64,000 nucleotides of DNA from an uncultured virus (IMG/VR IMGVR_UViG_3300016469_000321) (lineage: Duplodnaviria; Heunggongvirae; Uroviricota; Caudoviricetes): the IMG/VR virus record IMGVR_UViG_3300016469_000321; one strand, 5' to 3'. Below the pieces are notes generated by a model, which saw only the letters and a program-made list of their open reading frames with translations, searched no databases and was not told where the DNA came from. Below, piece after piece: positions 46,060 through 55,007 of this stretch; within the stretch, counting starts at the first letter, position 1; every line of letters starts with the position of its first letter. The translations under genes and the position numbers were made by a program.

Positions 46060-47927
46060 CACTGCACCTCGCTCGGCGGGGCCGCGATGCCGTTGGCGAT
46101 GATGTTCGCTGCGCTCTCGCGGTTCAGCGCGCTGATCTGCCCGTTGGTGTAGCCGAGCGCCTTGAGCATGGCCCACATCGACGGGGACGCCACGAAGACC
46201 TGCATGACCGGCTTCTCCGGCAGGGGCGGCACGGTCACCTGGGGCACGCTGACAGGCGCGCTGGCCGTCACGCCGACGACCTCCGGCACGACCGTCTCGA
46301 CGACCTCCGGCGCGGCTTCCTCCACCTTGCCGAGCTCGATGACGGTCCAGCCCTTCGGCGTCTTCTTCGGCTTCGTCGGCGTGCCGATCACGACCTGCCC
46401 GTCGAACGACGACCACGAGCTCAGCACCTTGCTCAGGGTGTCCGCATCCCAGCCGCGGTCCTCCGGCATCACCAGCACGGGCCGGTCGGAGGGGACGGTG
46501 CTGCTGATCGCCATCGCCAGGGCACACGTCACCGTGGCCCACTCCGCACCCGACAGGGCGGCGCGCAACTTGCCGCCGGCGACGAGGCCGAGGCGGAAGA
46601 CCTCCTTGTCCCCGTCCACCAACTGGAGGCCGAACGTCCAGCCGTCCGGCATGAACGTCTGCACACGCGCCACGAACGCATCGGAGACGCGCTTGAGGAG
46701 ACCGGCGACGACACCCTCCAGTTCCTTCTTCATGCCCTTGTACGTCTCACTCTCGCGCGTCATCTCCGCGACGGTGTCGCGTGCGCGCTTGAGGCTCGAC
46801 CACTTGTCTGCCGTGGTGCGGAGCGCGAGGTAGCGGTCCTGCGCGGCGATGGCTTCCTTCTGCAACTCAGTCGCATCAAGGTCGAGGAGATCCTGCGGGA
46901 GCAGGGCCACGTCCTGCGCGAGTTCCGCGAGGCGGCGCTCCATCCCGGCGTAGTCCGGCGCCGGCTGCTGCGCCGGAAGGGAGTTCAGCGTGTCGGCGTA
47001 GAACGAGGCACACGCCTTGATGTGCGCCTTGCCCACAGCGCTGGAGCAGAGGGGGCACGCCTCCACGCCCTGCGACACGGCGATGCCCGCCGCCGACGCC
47101 ATGCTGCGGTAGAACTCGCGCTCAATCTCGGACGCCGGCGCGACGCGCGGGGCCGCGAGCTGCTGGCGCAACCCGGTGATCTTGGCGAGCAGCGCGGCAT
47201 GCTGCGCCTGTGCGCTCTGCGTGCGGCTGAGACGGGCCGCCGTCTCGCCGGAGATGCGCTTCGCCTCCTCGATGTCGGCCTCGGTCGGAGCCTCGTCGAG
47301 ATCCTGCGTCATGCCGGTGAGCAGCGTCTCCGCCCCGCTCGCCTCCTTGGCGGCGTCACGCTGCCGCTTGCCCGCGTACTCCAGCGTGGCGAGGAGCGCC
47401 TCGACCGGCGACTTGCCGCGGCCGACCGCCGCGCTGATGTCCTTGTACTTCGCCTGGTAGATGGTCGGCACCATCTCCTCGACGTCGGAGGCGCGCACGT
47501 CCGCCGCGGCCCACGAGAGGAACGCCTTGCGCGCCGTGGCCGGGGAGCCCTCCAGCACCTCGCGCACCGCGTGCAGCGGGAGGAACGCATCGCCCGCCGT
47601 GTCGTGCGAGGGGCGCCCGCCGTCCTTGGCGATGAAGACGTAGTCCTCGCCGCTGCTCAACTTGGCGTGGATGGAGAGGCGCTCGGCACTCGCCATGCTC
47701 ATCAGCAGCGCCGAGTCGCGCACACCGGAACGCCCGACGAGGTCATCGGCACTGCCGAGCAGCGCGAGCTGGAGGCTCTGCTGGATGCCACTTTTACCAG
47801 AGCCATTCGGCCCAATGATCAGAGTCTTTGATGTGAGCTCGACGGTGCGTGGGCGACCGTCGGCGGTCTTGAGGTTGGAGACGAGGCGCTCGACGTGCGG
47901 GCGCTGGGTGGTGGTCTTCTTTGCCAT
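46059..47927 (-). CDS. Rad50/SbcC-like ABC ATPase
   Basis: Walker A IIGPNGSGKS; coiled coils with central CPLC zinc hook; signature LSGAE; degenerate Walker B LVMPED..WD. Confidence 0.75.
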   Translation of the reverse strand: MAKKTTTQRPHVERLVSNLKTADGRPRTVELTSKTLIIGPNGSGKSGIQQSLQLALLGSADDLVGRSGVRDSALLMSMASAERLSIHAKLSSGEDYVFIAKDGGRPSHDTAGDAFLPLHAVREVLEGSPATARKAFLSWAAADVRASDVEEMVPTIYQAKYKDISAAVGRGKSPVEALLATLEYAGKRQRDAAKEASGAETLLTGMTQDLDEAPTEADIEEAKRISGETAARLSRTQSAQAQHAALLAKITGLRQQLAAPRVAPASEIEREFYRSMASAAGIAVSQGVEACPLCSSAVGKAHIKACASFYADTLNSLPAQQPAPDYAGMERRLAELAQDVALLPQDLLDLDATELQKEAIAAQDRYLALRTTADKWSSLKRARDTVAEMTRESETYKGMKKELEGVVAGLLKRVSDAFVARVQTFMPDGWTFGLQLVDGDKEVFRLGLVAGGKLRAALSGAEWATVTCALAMAISSTVPSDRPVLVMPEDRGWDADTLSKVLSSWSSFDGQVVIGTPTKPKKTPKGWTVIELGKVEEAAPEVVETVVPEVVGVTASAPVSVPQVTVPPLPEKPVMQVFVASPSMWAMLKALGYTNGQISALNRESAANIIANGIAAPPSEVQ

Positions 47928-48005
47928 GATGCACTCCGGGGAAGGCGTCCGGTGGGCGTCGTTGCCGCTGACAGGGAAGCGAACGACGCCGCACCGGACA
48001 CGAAC

Positions 48006-48034
48006 ACCTTAGTGTATCGCTACCGCCCCGTCAA
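48006..48034 (-). promoter_or_regulatory. Sigma70 promoter with operator over the -35
   Basis: TTGACG-N17-TAAGGT on the minus strand; TACCG-CCC-CGTCA. Confidence 0.7.
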
Positions 48035-48459
48035 GTAGCCCGACTATATTTTGTGTACGGCATGCAGATGCCCTGGTCGGCACCGCATTCGAGGCAGTCG
48101 GTGTACTCGTCCGGCTCAGCGAGGCCCGACGCCATGCGGACCATCGTGTGGAGGCGCAGCGAATGGCCGCACCGGGAACACAACGTCGGCGAGGCGCGTT
48201 CTTTACTACGCACCGGGGCCACGGGCGTCTCCGTAACGCTCATGCCTGCGGCTGTCAAACGCTTGTGCATGTCCCAGTACGCGGCCCGCATCTGCCGGTT
48301 CTCCTCGCGCACCTGCTCCAGCGCAGCGAGGCCGCCGTTGATGAGGTCGTCGACCGTGACATGGCTCTCGTGCTGCGGGTGACGGCAGCGCCACGCGAGC
48401 TTCCGCATGGCGCCCTGCGCCTTGTCGATGGCCGGGCATGTGTGGCCTGGTGGCTTCAT
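48031..48459 (-). CDS. Hypothetical protein with Cys motifs
   Basis: 'PPGHTCPAID..LEQVREENRQMR' plus CxxC pairs. Confidence 0.6.
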   Translation of the reverse strand: MKPPGHTCPAIDKAQGAMRKLAWRCRHPQHESHVTVDDLINGGLAALEQVREENRQMRAAYWDMHKRLTAAGMSVTETPVAPVRSKERASPTLCSRCGHSLRLHTMVRMASGLAEPDEYTDCLECGADQGICMPYTKYSRAT

Positions 48460-48827
48460 GCGGGTGCCGCCTCCAGCGCGGCGACGAGAGCCTTTGCCTC
48501 GATGTCATAGTCCACAAGCGATTGTTCCTTCGCGTGCCACGACCAGCGGTTCCCGCTCTGCCAGTACTCGCTGTCATACCAGACGCTCGCGTGCGGGTCG
48601 CCCCACGCCTCCCGCACCAGCGCGAGGATGCAGCCCAGCGTCGCGGGGTCGGAGAGGTCGGGGAGCCACACGCCGACTTCGTGCCAGCGTTCGTCCACGC
48701 GAACGGGACGCCCGCCCGTTAGGCTCATGCCGGGAGCGGCCCACTCCACGGCGAGCATCCCCGGCATCCAGCGCCAGCCCTTGCAGGCGACGGCGCGGCG
48801 GGCCAGCGCGATCTGTTCCTCGGTCAT
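48456..48827 (-). CDS. Hypothetical protein (phage ABA-sandwich-like)
   Basis: 'WRWMPGM..PDLSDPATLGCILALVREAW..EAKALVAALEAAP'. Confidence 0.6.
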   Translation of the reverse strand: MTEEQIALARRAVACKGWRWMPGMLAVEWAAPGMSLTGGRPVRVDERWHEVGVWLPDLSDPATLGCILALVREAWGDPHASVWYDSEYWQSGNRWSWHAKEQSLVDYDIEAKALVAALEAAPA

Positions 48828-49162
48828 CGTTCCTCCTCGCGTCGGTGCTCGCCGCGTTCGATGGCGTCGGCGATGCTGTCGAGGTTGACCAGCGAGAGGC
48901 CCATTGGCCCGTGGTTGGACGCGCGCCGCAAAGCCGCCACCACGGCGGCGCGCTCCCGCCTCGCGTCCTCGGCGTTGGCATTTTCAGCGCGGGCGGCTTC
49001 CTCGGTCCACACGCGGAGAGTGTGCGCCTCCTCTTCCAGCCGCTCCACTTCCGCGAGCAGCGCCTTCATGTCGCCCATCGCGCGTTCCAGCGCATCACCA
49101 TCGTCCCGGTCGAGCAGGTAGGCGTTGCGGACACGGCCCTTGATAGCGTCCAGGTCAGTCAT
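48824..49162 (-). CDS. Hypothetical coiled-coil protein
   Basis: Part of an ATGA-coupled chain. Confidence 0.6.
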   Translation of the reverse strand: MTDLDAIKGRVRNAYLLDRDDGDALERAMGDMKALLAEVERLEEEAHTLRVWTEEAARAENANAEDARRERAAVVAALRRASNHGPMGLSLVNLDSIADAIERGEHRREEER

Positions 49163-49545
49163 GCCTTCCTCCGCGCCAGCTCACGCTGGAGATACCAGAG
49201 CGCCTTCTCCAAGTCTTCGATGGCGTTGCCCTTGTGGTCTGCTCTTGCGACGTACTTCACGCAGTTACCAAGGTTAAAACCTAAGTTCCAATCTTCGATA
49301 ACCGTGATGGCTTCGATTTTTCCGACGTTATAGTGCGCCGGGTGATCGACCGTGTTAGGTTTGGGACGAACCGGGACTGCGGTAGAGAGAGGCGCCGTAG
49401 ACGGGCCGCGCTGCTGTCGGTTCTCCTCTTCGAGAGCCTCAAACATCTCGCGCCAGCCCTTGTGCCAGCGGCACGTCGCGTAGTCGTTGTGGCACGGTGG
49501 ACCCATGCCGTACTGCGTGGCCGCGTTGCAGCGTTCGTAGCTCAT
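49159..49545 (-). CDS. DUF3310 domain protein
   Basis: 'VDHPAHY..IEAI..GFNLGNCVKY..RADHKG..EDLEKALWYL'. Confidence 0.85.
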   Translation of the reverse strand: MSYERCNAATQYGMGPPCHNDYATCRWHKGWREMFEALEEENRQQRGPSTAPLSTAVPVRPKPNTVDHPAHYNVGKIEAITVIEDWNLGFNLGNCVKYVARADHKGNAIEDLEKALWYLQRELARRKA

Positions 49546-49952
49546 ACTTCCTCCCTGATGTGCAGCACGCCGACGTCGGTCCACGAGTCGGTGCCCTTGT
49601 CTTCGACGCCGATGATGGCGGCGACCTGGTTGGTGACGGGGTTCCACGCCCACGCCGGCTTGCCTCGAAGCAGGAACCCCTCGACGAGCGCGAACGTCGC
49701 GCGGCCCACGGGGGGCTGGTCGAAGTCGTGGACCGGCACCACGATGGCGCTGAACAGCGGACTGCCGGACCAGTCCTCGGCGACGGGGACTTCCCGCACC
49801 CATGTGTTCCAGCCGCCCATCGCGCGGGCGCGCCGGGTGTAGTCGTCTCGGCCAGGCACCACGTCGCAGCGCCACAGCGCCGCCACGCCCTCGGCCCAGC
49901 CGTCGATGACGGCGTCCTCGACCTGCTTGTTGTGCGCGAGGAAGATGCTCAT
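49542..49952 (-). CDS. Hypothetical protein
   Basis: GGAG RBS; ATGA-coupled. Confidence 0.6.
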   Translation of the reverse strand: MSIFLAHNKQVEDAVIDGWAEGVAALWRCDVVPGRDDYTRRARAMGGWNTWVREVPVAEDWSGSPLFSAIVVPVHDFDQPPVGRATFALVEGFLLRGKPAWAWNPVTNQVAAIIGVEDKGTDSWTDVGVLHIREEV

Positions 49953-50107
49953 GGTGTCTTCTCCGTGGCGCGGAGGCGCAGGATCTCGGCGACCAGCGCC
50001 TCGAAGTCGACGCGGTCGACGGTCAGCGTCTGCCGCTTCATCACGCCGTCGGTGCGGTTGCGGGCCGCCACCCGCTCGATCAGCGAGTCGAGTTGCTGCC
50101 GGGTCAT
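49949..50107 (-). CDS. Small hypothetical protein (52 aa)
   Basis: Translated by hand (MTRQQLDSLIERV...); AAGGAG RBS; ATGA overlaps at both ends. Confidence 0.55.
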   Translation of the reverse strand: MTRQQLDSLIERVAARNRTDGVMKRQTLTVDRVDFEALVAEILRLRATEKTP

Positions 50108-50349
50108 GTCGTCTCCTTGCGGTGGTCGCCGCGCTCAATGGCGTCAGCCTCCGGCAGCCACGATGGATACACGTTGGCGTCATAGCGGCGAAGCCACGCC
50201 ACGACAGCCGTGCGCTCAGCCTTCACCTCGTGCTTCAGTTCCGTGATGATCATGTCGCGGAACGCCACTTGTCGCGTCAGGCGAGCCACCTGTACGCCGA
50301 GGTCGGCGATCAGCCGCGCCTCAACACTGAGCGTCTCTTCTCCGGTCAT
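50104..50349 (-). CDS. Hypothetical protein
   Basis: GGAGGT RBS; C-terminus resembles that of 48824-49162. Confidence 0.6.
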   Translation of the reverse strand: MTGEETLSVEARLIADLGVQVARLTRQVAFRDMIITELKHEVKAERTAVVAWLRRYDANVYPSWLPEADAIERGDHRKETT

Positions 50350-50451
50350 GGCCACCTCCCGACCTTGCGGGCGACGGCGGCGATGACGTCGAGCAGCCAG
50401 TGCCCGACGTCGATGATGTCTGCTTGCATGTCTTCTCCAGAAGGCACTCTT

Positions 50452-50480
50452 GGTATAGCAATGCCTTACCGGAGCGTCAA
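50452..50480 (-). promoter_or_regulatory. Sigma70-type promoter with operator over the -35
   Basis: TTGACG-N17-TATACC; TACCG-GAG-CGTCA. Confidence 0.55.
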
Positions 50481-53308
50481 GCCTCCTTGAGGTTTCTTCC
50501 GACGCTGGCCTCGGCGGTGAGCGGCACCTCCCATCCGGGGATGCGGACGGTCATGCACTCCTCGACCTCGCGGCGGTACGCCTCCAACTCAGGCGGCAGC
50601 GCCTCGCCCTTCACTGGCTTCCAGTTGGCCAGCCCCGGCGGCGCCTCGATCTCGATGGCGATGGAGTCGTGGCACTGGTGGATGAGGCCCGTCCGGCTCC
50701 ACAGATCCCACGGGAAGCGACGGATCAGCGCCTGCTCGGCGAGGCGCATGACGCTCGTCTCGGCGGCGAGGATCGGGAAGTTGACGACCTCGTTCTTCTT
50801 GCCGTCGGAGAGGCTGCCGGAGCGCCGTCCCAGCACCGGTTCCTCCATGTAGCCCTGATGCCGGTAGAGGGAGAGCATCGCCTCCCAGGCCGACAGCCAT
50901 TCCGGCTCCGTCTTGAGCCACGTCTCGTGGAAGTGGCGCACCTCCTTTGAGGTCATGTTGAGGTACGGCATCTCGCCGTTGTCGGCCTCGGTCGAGGTCA
51001 AGACCTGCCAGACCGTCATCGGGTCGGCCCAGTAGATCGAGGCGTAGCGGAACGTCTTCATGACGTCGCGCATCGCCTTCGCCATGCCACCGCCCGGCTT
51101 CTTGTAGAGGCTGAACCCGTCCGGTCCCCACCCCGTGGCGGCCTTGAACTTGTCGCCGAACACCTGATACGCGAGCGTGTTGTGCGGATCCTTCCCCTCG
51201 CTGAAGCACTCCAGCAGGAGCGGGATCTTCCAGTAGTTGGCCGTGATGCGGAGATGCGCCTGGTCGAGGTCCGCCCCCACGAGCAGATGCCCGCGCTCCG
51301 CAGCGAACAGGGTCTTCAACTTGCCCTGTCCCTTGCGGCTGCCGATGTTCTGTAGGTTCGGGCCGCTCGACGACAGCCGCCCCGGTGCCGTGACGTGCGC
51401 GTTCCACGTCGAGCGCACGCGCCCGTCCGGGTGCCAGACGATGCCCTTCTTGGGATCGTGCGCCGTGAGGTTCAGCGGCAGGAGCACCGTGCCGAGGATC
51501 TTGTTCTTCTCCCGGCGGTACAGGCGCAGTTCGCGGATGAACGCCTCCTGCTCGGGCGTGAGGCGCCCGCCGGCGAGGTGGCCACGGAGCACCTTGTCCC
51601 CGGTGCCGGGCATCCCCGACGCCGTGTAGAAGTCGCGCGCCTCCATGCTTGGCGGGATGCCGAGCTTCCACGTCTCGTACAAGAGGTCGCGGATCTGGTC
51701 GGCGCTGCCGGGCTTCACGCCGGCCACCTCGTCGCCGTCGTCGTTCGCGCCCGCGCTCTTCAGGTCGATGTTGCCCAGGCCCACGGCGTAGGCCAGCTCG
51801 GAGAGGTTCTTCTCGCGCTTCGCCACGCTGGCGCGTGTCTCCATCTCCATCTTGAAGCGCGCTTCCTGGTCGATGTACACGCCGATCTTGTGGAGGTTGA
51901 CGCACATGTCCTGTGTCGCGTGGTCGAGTTCGTGGAGATCCCAGCGCCGGTTCTCCCAGCCCTTCGGGCGCAGCGCCTCCGGCAGGTCGCGGAACGCCCC
52001 GGCCTCCTCAGCCGCATCGAAGAGCGGCACCACGATGCGCGCGTTTACGCTGCTGTCGGTGCAGTTGTAGGCGAGGCGGTCCCAGTCGTCGACCTGCCCG
52101 TGCGCGAGGCTCTCGCCCTTCTCCGTCGTCTCCCAGCGGTCGACGTCGGTGAGGACGGATCCGACGACCTTCAGCCCCTTCGGCAGTTCCGGCGCCCGGA
52201 AGCGCGCCGCGAACAGCGTGTCGATGACCGGCGCCGGCGTCACGCCGAGCCACTGCTCGACGACCTGGCGGTCATAGTAGCCGGCGTTGTGGCCCACCTT
52301 TGTCTTAGAGGTGTCGCATAGGAACCGGCGTAGAATGTCGATGATCCGGTCCTCGTCGGCCTCGCTATAGAACCTCGTAAAGCCGTCGCCGCTCAGCAGG
52401 TTGAGGCCGACCACGGCAGCGCGCCGTGCCTCCTCCTGACCGGGCCGCAGCGCGCGGCCCTCGGCGTTGAGGTCCGGGTGCGCGATGGCGATGGAGCGCA
52501 CCTTGCACGTCATGGACTCAATGCCGTCCGTCTCAAGGTCGTAGGCCCAGAACGGCATGTCCTGCGAGAGGAACGCCTCCAGCTCGTCAGGCGTCGGGTT
52601 GAAGGCGCGTTCCGGCTCCGTCCAGCGCAGGTTGCCGCTGAACCAGCGCAGCGCCTTGGAGAGGTCGGCGTGGAGCGTGGCGCGCCAGCCCGGAGACTTC
52701 TGCACGAAGCCAGGGTGGAACGTCGGGAAGACCTTCCGCACCGCGCCCTCCGGCACGACGTTGGCGAGCGGCGTCTCCATGAGCGCGCCCCAGTTCTCGT
52801 CGACCCACACCGGGCCGCCGCGCAGCGCGAAGATGGACTGCGTCTTGGCGGTCAGCGAGTTGGCGGCGACGCGACCCAGCGCCACGATGTTCTCGTACTC
52901 TTGTGCCTCCGAAAGTAGACGCGGACGGCAGCACGCGATAGGGTCCGGGAGGGCCGGGAGTCCTGTAGCAAGACGACGACGGTTCTCCTTGTCGAGCGCC
53001 TTGGTCATCTTCTCCCATGCGTTCTGCTGCGCGCCGGCAGAGCAGGCGACGACGTGCGTGAGGTCGATGTCGTTGCGCTTGCGCCCGATGGACAGGAGCG
53101 CGAGGTTCCACTCGCCACCGCTGCGCCCCGACAGCGGGCGCTCGTTGGATGCGTCATCGACGCCCGGCATCTCGGCCACAGCGAGGACGGTCGCGCCCTT
53201 GTGGACTTCGGGAGGAACGGGACGCCACGGGCCATCCCGATGGCTGCCGTTGGGGCCGAGCGGACACTCGTCGCAGCGAGCGCCGCAGGCGCGTGGATCG
53301 TATGTCAT
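50477..53308 (-). CDS. Family A DNA polymerase with N-terminal uracil-DNA-glycosylase-like (family 4) domain and 3'-5' exonuclease
   Basis: UDG: CDEC, AEMPG, VALGRVA, TFHP. Exo: DLETDG, GHNAGYYD, YNCTD. Pol: GRLSSSGPNLQNI, ADLDQAHLR, KTFRYASIY, HDSI. Confidence 0.9.
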   Translation of the reverse strand: MTYDPRACGARCDECPLGPNGSHRDGPWRPVPPEVHKGATVLAVAEMPGVDDASNERPLSGRSGGEWNLALLSIGRKRNDIDLTHVVACSAGAQQNAWEKMTKALDKENRRRLATGLPALPDPIACCRPRLLSEAQEYENIVALGRVAANSLTAKTQSIFALRGGPVWVDENWGALMETPLANVVPEGAVRKVFPTFHPGFVQKSPGWRATLHADLSKALRWFSGNLRWTEPERAFNPTPDELEAFLSQDMPFWAYDLETDGIESMTCKVRSIAIAHPDLNAEGRALRPGQEEARRAAVVGLNLLSGDGFTRFYSEADEDRIIDILRRFLCDTSKTKVGHNAGYYDRQVVEQWLGVTPAPVIDTLFAARFRAPELPKGLKVVGSVLTDVDRWETTEKGESLAHGQVDDWDRLAYNCTDSSVNARIVVPLFDAAEEAGAFRDLPEALRPKGWENRRWDLHELDHATQDMCVNLHKIGVYIDQEARFKMEMETRASVAKREKNLSELAYAVGLGNIDLKSAGANDDGDEVAGVKPGSADQIRDLLYETWKLGIPPSMEARDFYTASGMPGTGDKVLRGHLAGGRLTPEQEAFIRELRLYRREKNKILGTVLLPLNLTAHDPKKGIVWHPDGRVRSTWNAHVTAPGRLSSSGPNLQNIGSRKGQGKLKTLFAAERGHLLVGADLDQAHLRITANYWKIPLLLECFSEGKDPHNTLAYQVFGDKFKAATGWGPDGFSLYKKPGGGMAKAMRDVMKTFRYASIYWADPMTVWQVLTSTEADNGEMPYLNMTSKEVRHFHETWLKTEPEWLSAWEAMLSLYRHQGYMEEPVLGRRSGSLSDGKKNEVVNFPILAAETSVMRLAEQALIRRFPWDLWSRTGLIHQCHDSIAIEIEAPPGLANWKPVKGEALPPELEAYRREVEECMTVRIPGWEVPLTAEASVGRNLKEA

Positions 53309-53343
53309 GCACCCCGGTATCCTTACCGGAGTGTCATGGCAAC

Positions 53344-53790
53344 CTACATCTTCGCTGGGCCGGCGGCGTACCGCTGCTTCAGCAGGTACACGTCCGCCAG
53401 GTGCTTCGTGCCGATGCCGGACACGAGGTTCGACAGGGCGCCCGGATACGGGCACTCGCCACCGTTCACGATGGCGTCGTTCGCGGCCTCGGACAGTTCC
53501 ATCAGCATCTCGGCGATGACCAGCGGCGTGCCGCCCTGCTGCGCGATCATGCCAATCTTCTCGCCGGCCGCGGCCCACGCCTTGATCGGGTCGAGCTTGT
53601 CGCTGCCGTAGTGTCCCGCGATCACCTCGGCCAGGTCGTCGATGTCACCCTCGACGCCCTCGTAGAGGCGCTTGAACATGAGATGGTCGCCGTAGAACGG
53701 CTGTCCCTTCGCCTGCCAGTGCAGCGTGTGGTACAGGTGGTGCGCGGCGCGCAGGCCAGCCCACAGGTCGAGCAGGACGGGAAGAAGCAT
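53344..53790 (-). CDS. Dps/ferritin-like protein
   Basis: 'HTLHWQAKGQPFYGDHLMFKRLYE..DDLAE' Dps ferroxidase-type signature. Confidence 0.75.
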   Translation of the reverse strand: MLLPVLLDLWAGLRAAHHLYHTLHWQAKGQPFYGDHLMFKRLYEGVEGDIDDLAEVIAGHYGSDKLDPIKAWAAAGEKIGMIAQQGGTPLVIAEMLMELSEAANDAIVNGGECPYPGALSNLVSGIGTKHLADVYLLKQRYAAGPAKM

Positions 53791-53799
53791 CTCGGCCCC

Positions 53800-54195
53800 C
53801 TACTTCTTGGCCGAGGGCAGCGTTCCCTCGATGTACTCTTCCTCGAACACCATCGTCTTGGCGGGTGCCTCAAGGTCGGCGAGACGCTTCTCCATGTCCA
53901 CGGAACGCTGGATGTCGTCCATGATCTTCTCATGGACCTGCGTGCCGGGCAGGATCTTCTGACCGCCTGCGCTCTTGGGCGACTTGGCGATGGTGATGGT
54001 GCCGTCGGTGTCGACCTTGTACTCGTAGCCGCCGCTGCCCTTGTACATGCCAGCGCCGAACCCGTAGGATCCAGGCTCGCTGACCTTGACGAACGACTTG
54101 GGACCGGGCTGGCCTTCCGTCGGACGGTGGACGCGCTCGCGCTCCATCTGTCCTTCGCGGCGCATCTTGTCCATCATCTCGCGGTAGTCGGCCAT
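53800..54195 (-). CDS. Hypothetical protein
   Basis: GC3-rich; preceded by an extended -10 (TGATAGCCT). Confidence 0.65.
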   Translation of the reverse strand: MADYREMMDKMRREGQMERERVHRPTEGQPGPKSFVKVSEPGSYGFGAGMYKGSGGYEYKVDTDGTITIAKSPKSAGGQKILPGTQVHEKIMDDIQRSVDMEKRLADLEAPAKTMVFEEEYIEGTLPSAKK

Positions 54196-54223
54196 GCAGC
54201 CCCCGATCACGACGAGGCTATCA

Positions 54224-54257
54224 CAAAAACGAACGCCCCGCCACTAAGGGCGGGGCC
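54224..54257 (-). terminator. Intrinsic terminator
   Basis: GCCCCGCC-CTTAGT-GGCGGGGC then GTTCGTTTTT on the minus strand. Confidence 0.75.
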
Positions 54258-54347
54258 GAGCTTACGTTCTCGCTGGACTAAACCTCGCCGTCATTACAAC
54301 GGGTCGAACAGCACGCCAGGTCCTACGATCCCCTGCGGCCGCAGGGA

Positions 54348-54965
54348 CTAACGGGCGACGTTCACGGCCGGGGGCGGCGGCAAGCGGAGGCCGCCGGCGG
54401 GAGCCGGGGCGACCGTCTGCACCGCTGCGCCTGCCGACGCGGACGGGGCCGCGGGGATGGCACCGGGGATCGACGGGGCCGCGCTGCGGGACGCGCTGCC
54501 CGCGTCGCGGGACACGGGCACGGAGCCGGACGCCTTGGCCTTCTCGTACTGCTCCTTCGTGAGGAACTTGTTGATGCGGGCGTAGGAACCCTGGACGCCC
54601 TGCTGGCCGGGGACGAACTCGACGAACGCCTTGCGGCCGCCGTTGGTCGCGCTGACGAGCCAGGCGTCGGTGACGGCGCTGTTCTCGATCTGCTCATCGC
54701 TGAAGCCGAACGAGACGAGGATCGTCTTCAGGGCAGCCACGCGGCCCTTCAACGACTTCTCCGGGAGGCCGTCCACCGGGAGGTGGAGGAACTCAAACAT
54801 CTTGAACCCGTTGGGGAACTCGACGGTGAAGCGGCGGGCATCGGCCTTGTCGCCCTGCTTGTACTCGACGGACACGCCGGACACCTCGTAGTAGCCGGCC
54901 TCCGGCATGGAGGAGCCGAGCGTGGAGACGCCCTTGAAGGAAGAACCGTTGATGCTGAAGGACAT
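54348..54965 (-). CDS. ssDNA-binding protein-like (DUF669-type OB fold)
   Basis: 'MPEAGYYEV' N-terminus, low-complexity tail, strong codon bias; directly after the Sak4-like gene. Confidence 0.6.
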   Translation of the reverse strand: MSFSINGSSFKGVSTLGSSMPEAGYYEVSGVSVEYKQGDKADARRFTVEFPNGFKMFEFLHLPVDGLPEKSLKGRVAALKTILVSFGFSDEQIENSAVTDAWLVSATNGGRKAFVEFVPGQQGVQGSYARINKFLTKEQYEKAKASGSVPVSRDAGSASRSAAPSIPGAIPAAPSASAGAAVQTVAPAPAGGLRLPPPPAVNVAR

Positions 54966-55007
54966 GGTGAACTCCGTTTGGTGGTCTGTGATGCTGTGGT
55001 TGTCGGA

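Noticed and set aside
53309..53578. N-terminal extension of the polymerase ORF
   Set aside because: Overlaps the Dps-like gene in another frame; UDG-like sequence starts at ATG 53308.
50477..54195. Z-base or other hypermodified-DNA pathway linked to the unusual PolA
   Set aside because: No PurZ, dATPase, thymidylate-synthase-like or 7-deazaguanine genes were recognised in the window.
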